Source: a virus (lineage: Duplodnaviria; Caudoviricetes). From it: a stretch of 52,859 nucleotides of DNA. The translations under genes were made by a program, and so were the position numbers. Below, piece after piece: positions 18,324 to 26,243 of this stretch; positions within the stretch are counted from its first letter, which is position 1, and every line of letters begins with the position of its first letter. The stretch spans positions 1-52,859 of the IMG/VR virus record IMGVR_UViG_3300033489_000012. One strand, 5' to 3'. The notes below the pieces were generated by a model. That model saw only the letters and a list, made by a program, of their open reading frames with translations. It had not been told where the DNA came from and ran no database searches.

Positions 18324-19636
18324 AATTGATATATCCCGATGATTTTATTAATAGGGCTATCTGCATAGATTGCCGTGGAGGGTTGAAGTTACTGCCGGAT
18401 AATTCCATCTCTGCCTGCATTACCGATCCCCCTTATGAGTTAGGTTTTATGGGTAAGGCATGGGATAAGAAGGGCGTAGCTTATGATGTCGATATGTGGC
18501 GTGAAGTCCTACGGGTCTTGAAACCTGGCGGACACTTACTCTCTTTCGGCGGAAGCAGAACCTATCACCGTATGGCTTGCGCTATTGAGGACGCTGGTTT
18601 TGAGATAAGGGATATGATTGAATGGGTTTACGGATCAGGATTCCCGAAGAGTTTAAATATTAGCAAGGCGATAGATAAAAAGGCAGGGGGGAAAAGGAAA
18701 GTGGTAGGAGTCAATCCAAACTATTGCGAAAACAGAGTGGATAGTATCGGAACGGCAAATGGTATTTATGGTGGTGCGGGACCAGACAAGGGAAAATATA
18801 TTACTGCTCCCCTAACATCCGAAGCCCAACGATGGTCTGGTTGGGGCACTGCTCTCAAGCCCGCACACGAGCCGATTTGCATGGCAAGAAAACCTCTATC
18901 TGAAAAGACCGTTGCCGAGAATGTGTTGAAGTATGGAACAGGGGGGATCAATGTGGATGGATGTAGAGTAGAGACAACAGGGGATGAATTGCCTGAATTA
19001 AATAGGGTTAGTAAACGCCCAGCGGATAAGGCTTCTGGTTTTATGACATCAACAAAGCATACATTTATTCCATCCCAAGGTCGCTTTCCCGCCAACTTAA
19101 TCCACGATGGCTCGGATGAAGTGCTGGCGGAATTTCCATCAACTGAAACACACGAGGGGATATGTCACAAATATAGTGGAACATCAATGTTCGGACTCGG
19201 AGGAGTTGGGAGAAGTCATGCAAATTCCGGCTCTGCCGCCCGATTCTTTTACTGTGCGAAAGCAAGCAAGACGGAAAGAGATATGGGATGTGGAGGGGGA
19301 GAAGAAAAACAAAGAGATGAAGGTCGAAAAAAAGGGAATCCAGGTGGTGATAATCCAAGAAATTGTGGTTTAAATAAAAGAACCAATTACCATCCCACCG
19401 TCAAGCCCCTTGCCCTTATGCGTTACCTGTGCCGATTAGTTACTCCGCCAGGTGGTGTGGTTATTGATCCTTTTGCCGGTTCTGGAAGCACTCTGATTGC
19501 GGCGGCGCAAGAGGGGTTTCAGTTTATAGGGTTTGATGATGTACCCGCTTATGTGGAAATCACAGAGAAAAGATTGAATGCCGTGCCTAAAACTTTGTTT
19601 AACCCGGTTCTTGTGGGAGAATATGGGACAAGATAG
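18320..19636 (+). CDS. DNA N6-adenine/N4-cytosine methyltransferase (beta class)
   Basis: TDPPY, HPTVKP and DPFAGSGST motifs. Confidence 0.92.
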   Translation: MKLIYPDDFINRAICIDCRGGLKLLPDNSISACITDPPYELGFMGKAWDKKGVAYDVDMWREVLRVLKPGGHLLSFGGSRTYHRMACAIEDAGFEIRDMIEWVYGSGFPKSLNISKAIDKKAGGKRKVVGVNPNYCENRVDSIGTANGIYGGAGPDKGKYITAPLTSEAQRWSGWGTALKPAHEPICMARKPLSEKTVAENVLKYGTGGINVDGCRVETTGDELPELNRVSKRPADKASGFMTSTKHTFIPSQGRFPANLIHDGSDEVLAEFPSTETHEGICHKYSGTSMFGLGGVGRSHANSGSAARFFYCAKASKTERDMGCGGGEEKQRDEGRKKGNPGGDNPRNCGLNKRTNYHPTVKPLALMRYLCRLVTPPGGVVIDPFAGSGSTLIAAAQEGFQFIGFDDVPAYVEITEKRLNAVPKTLFNPVLVGEYGTR

Positions 19637-19834
19637 ACTTTTCATATTACATCGACACGATATTGTATTCTGTCTGTATAATGGCGGATTCTGGATTCGT
19701 TTCTGGGGTAGGGGTATTGCCATAATCAATAAAATCAAACACCGCCCGCCTTTCAGTGAAAGACATGGTTACAAGAAAGTATTCAGGATTGGAAGGTATG
19801 GCATTGAATTGTTGGGAAGAAGCTCAAGGGGAGA

Positions 19835-20152
19835 ATGATGGATTTTACTTACTTATTACAACCACCCAAAAGATATACCTTTGAACAACCAAAATTAAAA
19901 CAATGGGTAGAAAAATGGTGTGTGGGGAAGGTTTTGAATCTATTCGCGGGCAAAGTGAAATTAAATGTAGATGAATACAGGGTAGACTTAGATAAAACAA
20001 TGCTGGCGGGGCGGATGGTCCGGACCCCCGAATATGCAACAGACCTAATCGGGCGGTGCGGAGGAAAAGTTGTTTACGTTTCGGACATGACCAAATTTCC
20101 GCAATATAGAAGCGGTTGGTATTATATGAAAGTGGTCAAAGCGGAGGGATGA
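19835..20152 (+). pseudogene. Probable chimeric or truncated methyltransferase-like gene
   Basis: N-terminal half has a VLNLFAG SAM motif but no catalytic part; sequence character changes near 20000. Confidence 0.45.
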
Positions 20153-20448
20153 TGACCAGACCGGTATACGATTATCTGTGCTCGATAGGAGAGCTTTTCG
20201 ATAAACTCTCGATCCAGAACATCGTCTGTTATGACTCCAATACAAAGATTCTGGAGGAGCGCAGTAAGCCCGAGCCGGATGATCATGTAATCAGTCAGCT
20301 CGAGTTTAAGGCACGGACAGCCGGGGAGCAGAGAGTGAGATTGAAGGATGAGATTAACCACCGGCTAAATGAGGCGATTAGGAACGGAGGAATCGGGACG
20401 GCGCCGGAGGTAAGAACCTATAAAATGCCGGGAGAAAAGGATGCCTGA
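20149..20448 (+). CDS. Small helical protein (DUF4254/DUF6165-like)
   Basis: SIGELFDKLSI...RVRLKDEIN pattern, seen beside glycosyltransferase genes. Confidence 0.55.
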   Translation: MMTRPVYDYLCSIGELFDKLSIQNIVCYDSNTKILEERSKPEPDDHVISQLEFKARTAGEQRVRLKDEINHRLNEAIRNGGIGTAPEVRTYKMPGEKDA

Positions 20449-20986
20449 GAGCCAACAGCCACTGGAGGGACAAAGAATAATGACCGAGGATATCCTCTCC
20501 AAACCCGACAGGATTGTTCTTGACGTCGGAGCTGGAAGCGGGAAGTGGGGTCAGCTTCTGCGGGGTAAAGTTATCGGGATAGTTGCTATTGAGGTCTGGC
20601 CGCCATGTGTAGATGTACTTCGTAAGTCCGGGCTTTACGATGAAGTGATTGAAGGAAATATCAGGGGGTTTCAGGATTGGGCGCCATATAATACCGTTAT
20701 CCTGGGAGACATTCTGGAGCATTTCTGCCGAAAAAAAGGAACGCAGCTGGTTGAGACGGTAAGGGGGATTGAAGCAGATGTTTATTTGACCATCCCGATC
20801 TCTCCCTGCCCACAAGATGGCACGGTATACAATAATCCATACGAGACGCACCATGAGCAGTGGACGCATGAGCAGGTGATGGCCTTGGGCTTTAAACCGT
20901 TGCATCGGGGATTCAATGAAGCCGGAACGGTGGAGATAGGAACTTATATTTTAGGGAAGGGTGGAGATGAAAACAGAAGGATATAA
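20441..20986 (+). CDS. Class I SAM-dependent methyltransferase (non-DNA)
   Basis: VLDVGAGSG, GDILEH and NPYETH motifs. Confidence 0.85.
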   Translation: MPESQQPLEGQRIMTEDILSKPDRIVLDVGAGSGKWGQLLRGKVIGIVAIEVWPPCVDVLRKSGLYDEVIEGNIRGFQDWAPYNTVILGDILEHFCRKKGTQLVETVRGIEADVYLTIPISPCPQDGTVYNNPYETHHEQWTHEQVMALGFKPLHRGFNEAGTVEIGTYILGKGGDENRRI

Positions 20987-20991
20987 ATAAA

Positions 20992-22593
20992 ATGAATATT
21001 CCCTGTAGTTGCGGTTCAATGGTCTCACGAGAGGAGGAAAAACAGAATATCCCCGTCCTCGTATGTGAATGTGGCATCATCCGGCAAAAGATAGAGATAA
21101 CGATTGAGGAATTGGAATGCTGGTATCGAAATACATATTATCAAGATGTCTATCGACACTCCTATGATCATGACCGACTGGTGGCCAAGGAACGACTGGA
21201 ACAATATCGAAGAAATGATGTTCTCCTCAAATCTGGAGACATCGTTATTGATATTGGTTCTGGGAACGGGGCTTTTGTCGATATGGCACGAGAGTCAGAT
21301 CTGTCTGCCTATGGTTGTGATATTCATACTAATCACAATAGATGGACCTACAACATGAAACTCAAGGACATTCATTTCCCCAGCAATTATGCATCTCTAA
21401 TCACACTTCACGATTCACTTGAACACATGGTATCCCCACAGGATACTCTCGAGACGGCACAACGCATCCTCAAAAACGAGGGGTGGCTCATAATAGATTT
21501 CCCGGATTTTTTTTCCGAAGACGGAAAACATCATTGGAAAAAGATTGAACATCTTTGGTTCTTCACTGCCGATCAATTGCAATCACTACTCGAACGATAT
21601 GGATTTAAAGTCGTTAAGATTCACAAACCTATCCCATCTAAAATTGTTCTATATGCACAGAAAATTTCTCCAGTACAATCGGCTCGTATCCTGGTGCCCC
21701 CCGGCATAGGAGATATTTACTGGGTGATGTGCAAGTTGCAGTCGTTCCTGGAAGTAAACAACATCAAACTTCCCGAAATATGGATACTAAGCACACAGTC
21801 GGACCGTAACCGATCGCTGGATTATGTCCGTAAAGTACCTTTTGTGATCGCAGGGGGTTATTATGACTGCAAGCAAAAAGACTTACCCGTTTGGCATCAA
21901 GCTTATTTCGAAAATGGTCCAGGTATCTTTAGGAATGTGTTAGGATTCGATTTTTTCTTATCTGCGAACGGACCCTTCCGTTTTAATAAGACCCTTGAAC
22001 AGATTATGCCTAAATATCAAGTTAACTGGTATCCTCCCATCTTTAGTTCTCTCGAAGAGATGGAATATGGTGCTCGATGGCAAGAAAAATCGGGTCCGTT
22101 TATAGTTGCTTTCTTTGTGGAGCATGGAACATACAAGCAATGGCTCGCCGATCTCCCCGTCGAACAGATATTCAATATTCTGCAACAGATCCACCGTACC
22201 ACGGGACATAAAATTATATTGACTGGTGCGGAATGGAATCGTCCTTCTAAGAACAATATTTATGCAAAATTACTGTTACTCGACAGACAACAGTCAAATC
22301 GTTTTTTGATTGACCTGAGCGGGCAGACGACCCTAGAACAATTTTTCGGTCTATTGCGTTCCGCTTCTGGATGTATAGGGTTTTGTGGAGGTAATACTAT
22401 TATGTCGGTTGTATTCAAAAAACCGACGATGATTTTATGGAATAATTATTATCCCGAATCATTTTGGAAAAATTCTTGCCCGCCAGATTCACTCGGACAC
22501 TGGTATTTACCTGTAAGTACAAAATCGGGGGGTAATAACATTGCCAATGAGTTTGTCAACCTTATAGAGAAAAATCCGTCTGTGGGTGAATAA
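20992..22593 (+). CDS. Fusion of class I methyltransferase and GT9 (heptosyltransferase-like) glycosyltransferase
   Basis: IDIGSGNG and DSLEH, then PPGIGDIYW and IDLSGQTTL...LRSASGCIG. Confidence 0.8.
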   Translation: MNIPCSCGSMVSREEEKQNIPVLVCECGIIRQKIEITIEELECWYRNTYYQDVYRHSYDHDRLVAKERLEQYRRNDVLLKSGDIVIDIGSGNGAFVDMARESDLSAYGCDIHTNHNRWTYNMKLKDIHFPSNYASLITLHDSLEHMVSPQDTLETAQRILKNEGWLIIDFPDFFSEDGKHHWKKIEHLWFFTADQLQSLLERYGFKVVKIHKPIPSKIVLYAQKISPVQSARILVPPGIGDIYWVMCKLQSFLEVNNIKLPEIWILSTQSDRNRSLDYVRKVPFVIAGGYYDCKQKDLPVWHQAYFENGPGIFRNVLGFDFFLSANGPFRFNKTLEQIMPKYQVNWYPPIFSSLEEMEYGARWQEKSGPFIVAFFVEHGTYKQWLADLPVEQIFNILQQIHRTTGHKIILTGAEWNRPSKNNIYAKLLLLDRQQSNRFLIDLSGQTTLEQFFGLLRSASGCIGFCGGNTIMSVVFKKPTMILWNNYYPESFWKNSCPPDSLGHWYLPVSTKSGGNNIANEFVNLIEKNPSVGE

Positions 22594-23307
22594 ATGAAAA
22601 AGCCAATTCTCATAACCGGGATGGAGCGGTCGGGGATCTCGCTGATCAGCGAGGTGGTCCAGATCTGCGGAGCATTGAAGGGAACGCCCAATGAAATCCG
22701 GGATCTGTTGGTCAAGCCGTTTCTGCGGGGAATCAAGGCGGATCCGAACGGGCAGTCACCCTTGCCTGATATCGAGATGTGCAAAAAGCTGGCGGATAGT
22801 CTAAAGGATAAGTGGAGACAGAGAGTCGAAGACATATTTTCCATGAATGGATTGTTGAATCTGGAAAATAATTGCTGGTTTTATGCCGATCCGAAGAGCG
22901 TATTGATCTGGCCAATTTGGGTGAGGGCGTTTCCGGAGGCGCGCTGGATCATCGTGCGAAGGAAGGATAATGACATTATCCGGTCGTGCCTGAAGACCGG
23001 TTACATGTCTGCTTATGACGATGCCAAGGGTTGGTGGGGGTGGCTGGAGACTTACAAAAGGCGATTTTCCGAATTGACGGAGAATAAAGAATTGTCTGTC
23101 TGGCAGATCTGGCCGCAACGGATGATTCAGGGGAGACTGGCGGAAGTCAAAGCGATGATTCACTTTTTAGGGTTGGAGTGGAAAGAAAAGGAGATGGACA
23201 ATTTCATAACACCGATTCTATGGAAGGAAGGAATCTTTGAAACTATCGTCGAAGATTCAAACGAGAGGAGCAAAATATGTCAATCCGGGCAAGCGAAGGG
23301 GAAGTAA
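22594..23307 (+). CDS. Sulfotransferase-fold protein
   Basis: ILITGMERSG 5'-PSB-like loop; FPEARWIIVRR motif. Confidence 0.75.
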   Translation: MKKPILITGMERSGISLISEVVQICGALKGTPNEIRDLLVKPFLRGIKADPNGQSPLPDIEMCKKLADSLKDKWRQRVEDIFSMNGLLNLENNCWFYADPKSVLIWPIWVRAFPEARWIIVRRKDNDIIRSCLKTGYMSAYDDAKGWWGWLETYKRRFSELTENKELSVWQIWPQRMIQGRLAEVKAMIHFLGLEWKEKEMDNFITPILWKEGIFETIVEDSNERSKICQSGQAKGK

Positions 23308-23642
23308 AAGCAGTGATCCAGACGGAGCTGACCGAAGAAGAGGTAGTTCCATTCCTGACGACCGCCAATGTAATGGTGACGGACATTTTAAACGACGAAG
23401 GATACGGCGATGCGCTTCTGAAACAGATTGAGATCTATCTGGCGGCTCATTTCGTGGCTATCCGGGATCCGCAGGTGAAGTCGGAGACTATCGGAGAGGT
23501 AGCCACCAGTTATCATGGACAGTCGGGAATGGGCTTGAACTTCACTCCGTACGGGCAACAGGTGCTGCTTCTGGACCATCACGGCGTATTTGCACGGATC
23601 CAGGAGACGAAACGGCAGGCAGAGATAAAGGCATTGGGATGA
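23277..23642 (+). CDS. Head-tail adaptor (DUF4054-like)
   Basis: YLAAHF and TPYGQQ motifs; synteny. Confidence 0.8.
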   Translation: MSIRASEGEVKAVIQTELTEEEVVPFLTTANVMVTDILNDEGYGDALLKQIEIYLAAHFVAIRDPQVKSETIGEVATSYHGQSGMGLNFTPYGQQVLLLDHHGVFARIQETKRQAEIKALG

Positions 23643-23986
23643 GCCCGAGCAGATCGAGCAATTTTACCAGGAATTTAAAGCAGACTGCCACCTACTGGGG
23701 GAACCCGGTTTCGGATGGTTACGGTGGCAGGAACTTTGACGCCCCGGTAGAAATTGATGTTCGCTGGGAGGACAAACAGGAATTGTTTACCGATACGAGC
23801 GGCCAGGAAAAATTATCCCGGGCGGTTGTCTTTGTCGGAGAAGACGTCCAGGTGGGGGGTTATCTTTTTCTAGGATCATCATCGGCGGGGAATCCGCTGG
23901 ATGTGTCGGGAGCATACGAGATTAAGCAATTCAGCAAGATCCCGGATCTCAAAGCGGAGAATTTTTTGAGGAAGATATGGCTGTAA
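23639..23986 (+). CDS. Head closure protein
   Basis: QTATYW...DGYGG motif; synteny. Confidence 0.75.
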   Translation: MSPSRSSNFTRNLKQTATYWGNPVSDGYGGRNFDAPVEIDVRWEDKQELFTDTSGQEKLSRAVVFVGEDVQVGGYLFLGSSSAGNPLDVSGAYEIKQFSKIPDLKAENFLRKIWL

Positions 23987-24408
23987 GCAAATGGCAGGGA
24001 TATAGCGTCAATATAACCGGGCTGGATCAGGTATTGGCTAATTTGAATAAGGAGGTGCGGAAAATCCAGGATCGGACCAAGGCGGGATTGTGGGAAGCAC
24101 TTTTGAAAGTTAAGTACGATGTCCTTCCTCTAACGCCGATTAAACATGGGCATCTTCGGGGTTCTTGTTATACAATTCCCGGACCAGCGGGCAAACAAGT
24201 CGCTGAACATCCGGAGCCAATTAAAACTTCTTCGGGAATTGCGGGAGAGATAGGTTTTACTGCCACCTATGCACCATTTGTGCACGAGATTGATAAGCAT
24301 TATACCGTCGGGGCGTGGAAGTTTTTGGAGAGAGCGTTAAAAATGAATTATGACAAAATACTCGACATCATCCGGCGCAGGGCGCATGTGGATACGGGGA
24401 GGGATTAG
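23977..24408 (+). CDS. Neck protein (HK97 gp10-like)
   Basis: TPIKHGHLRGS, YAPFVHE and KFLERAL motifs. Confidence 0.85.
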   Translation: MAVSKWQGYSVNITGLDQVLANLNKEVRKIQDRTKAGLWEALLKVKYDVLPLTPIKHGHLRGSCYTIPGPAGKQVAEHPEPIKTSSGIAGEIGFTATYAPFVHEIDKHYTVGAWKFLERALKMNYDKILDIIRRRAHVDTGRD

Positions 24409-24410
24409 AG

Positions 24411-24806
24411 ATGAATGCTCCGAGTATGGACATTAAAGATTTGTTGGATGGTGAGTCCTCCCTGGGGTTGACCTTCGGGACGGATCTATTCGTTTCCGAA
24501 ATGCCCCCGATTCCAGATTTGTGTGTTTGCGTTTACGATACGGGAGGAGAACCACCCAACCCTGACTATGACTATATGAAGCCGACCATTCAAGTACGAA
24601 TTCGGGGGGATAAGGGGGAATACCGGGCGGCTTACGATCTGGCCTTGTCAATACAGAATTTTTTGAACGGAATGCATAATGAAGAGGTAAATGGGACGCG
24701 ATACATTGGGATTTGGGCGGAGGGGGATGTCTTTTTCATAGGATACGATGAAAACCACAGGCCGGAATTGACCGTTAATTTTCGGTTGCACAGAACGACT
24801 GCTTAA
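24411..24806 (+). CDS. Tail terminator protein
   Basis: PTIQVRIRG and DENHRPELTVNF motifs. Confidence 0.8.
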   Translation: MNAPSMDIKDLLDGESSLGLTFGTDLFVSEMPPIPDLCVCVYDTGGEPPNPDYDYMKPTIQVRIRGDKGEYRAAYDLALSIQNFLNGMHNEEVNGTRYIGIWAEGDVFFIGYDENHRPELTVNFRLHRTTA

Positions 24807-24898
24807 CAGTTTTGAGTAGAGAGTTAAGGGTGCGGAGGAAAAGAAAGGAGAGAATATAGAGTTAAGAGTTTAGAGTAAAGAGGACAAAATCTATAGTA

Positions 24899-24963
24899 GT
24901 ATCGGACACCGGAAATAACCCGAGCCGATTCGCTTCCCATACGGGAGGCGGGTCGGCTTTTTT
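24899..24963 (+). promoter_or_regulatory. Conserved antiterminator-like element plus intrinsic terminator (copy 3)
   Basis: GTATCGGACACCGGAAATAACCCGAGCCGAT, hairpin, TTTTTT; immediately upstream of the tail tube gene. Confidence 0.8.
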
Positions 24964-24996
24964 GTTGGAAAACAATCTAACGAATGGAGGCACAAA

Positions 24997-25413
24997 ATGT
25001 CAGATGCAATTGCAGCAACAGAAACACAATTTAAACGTGGTGATGGAGCTTCTCCGGAAGTTTTCACGCACATAGGCGAGGTAATCACTGTCCCGTTACC
25101 CAATTTGGACAGTGAGGAGATTGATGTAACCCACCTGAATTCTCCGAGTCAAGCCAGGGAGTATCTCCTGGGATTCAAAGATTCGGGTATACTTGAACTG
25201 CCAATGAATTTCGTCCGGACAGATTACGAAGTTCTTTTGGACGACTACGATACCCAAGATATCCACAACTACCAGATTGTATTGTCGGACGAAACCACCT
25301 TTGAATTCGCGGGTTATGTCAAGGGTCTGGGTGGAGAAGCCGGAACCGGGAAGCAGGTAACTGCTACAGTGCGCATAAGAATTACGGGGGGTGTGGAATT
25401 AGTCTCCGCATAA
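24997..25413 (+). CDS. Major tail tube protein
   Basis: IDVTHLNS...EYLLGFKDSG and FAGYV...IRITG motifs (lambda gpV-like family). Confidence 0.9.
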   Translation: MSDAIAATETQFKRGDGASPEVFTHIGEVITVPLPNLDSEEIDVTHLNSPSQAREYLLGFKDSGILELPMNFVRTDYEVLLDDYDTQDIHNYQIVLSDETTFEFAGYVKGLGGEAGTGKQVTATVRIRITGGVELVSA

Positions 25414-25476
25414 AAAGGGAGTCAAGGAGAAATATTCATATCACAAAAACAAACCATTAACCAACAGGAGAACCAA

Positions 25477-25863
25477 ATGAACATCTTAACCAAAGATGCA
25501 ATTCTAAACGCGGACGATCTTCAGACCGAAACGGTTTCGGTGCCGGAATGGGGGGGAGAGGTTCTGGTTAAAACCCTGACCGGAACGGAACGGGATGAGT
25601 TTGAGAACTCCATCCTGGGGGACAAGGAAAAGCCGGATATCACCAATGTGCGGGCAAAGGCGGTCTCTCTTTGTGTGGTGGATCCGGAGGGGAAGCGGAT
25701 ATTTTCGGCAGAGGACGTTTTGAAACTCGGAGGCAAAAATAGTCGAGCTTTAGATCGAGTCTTTGCAGTTTTTCAACGAATTAACGGCATGCGAAAGAAG
25801 GATATGGAGGAACTGATAAAAAACTCCGAAGGCGCCCAAGGCGCCAATTCCATTTCCGCCTAG
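25477..25863 (+). CDS. Tail assembly chaperone (gpG-like)
   Basis: VPEWGGEVLVKTLTGTERDEFE; slippery site near the 3' end. Confidence 0.88.
   Translation: MNILTKDAILNADDLQTETVSVPEWGGEVLVKTLTGTERDEFENSILGDKEKPDITNVRAKAVSLCVVDPEGKRIFSAEDVLKLGGKNSRALDRVFAVFQRINGMRKKDMEELIKNSEGAQGANSISA
25818..25824 (+). other. Programmed -1 frameshift site A AAA AAC
   Basis: The -1 frame continues KKLRRRPRRQFHFRLALALG into the 25866-26243 ORF. Confidence 0.85.
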
Positions 25864-25865
25864 CA

Positions 25866-26243
25866 TTGGCTTTGGGTTTTCCGCATCCGGATTACATGCT
25901 CCGGATCCTGACGAGTCATCAACTGCGGGAATGGGAAGCATGGTATGCTATCGAACCGTTCGGACAGTTCCCGGAATATCTGCGGACCGGAATCGTGGCA
26001 TCGATGATTGCCAATGTGAACCGAGGTAAAAAAGAAGATAAGCTTTTTCAACCGTCCGATTTCATGCCCCCGGAGATGGTAGGTGAAAAGAGCGAAACCA
26101 AGATTCAATCGGTCCAGGAGCAAGAGATGATCCTTAAGCAAATCTTTGGCTGGGCCAAGAAAAAGGGTTTAACCAAAAAGGATAAGCTGATGCCTCCTAT
26201 GGTAAAGGCGAAACCAATCCCCGGAAAGAGGAAAAATGGCTAA
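25866..26243 (+). CDS. Tail assembly chaperone C-terminal extension (gpT-like)
   Basis: EWEAWYAIEPFG...ASMIAN motif; reached by frameshift. Confidence 0.85.
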   Translation: MALGFPHPDYMLRILTSHQLREWEAWYAIEPFGQFPEYLRTGIVASMIANVNRGKKEDKLFQPSDFMPPEMVGEKSETKIQSVQEQEMILKQIFGWAKKKGLTKKDKLMPPMVKAKPIPGKRKNG

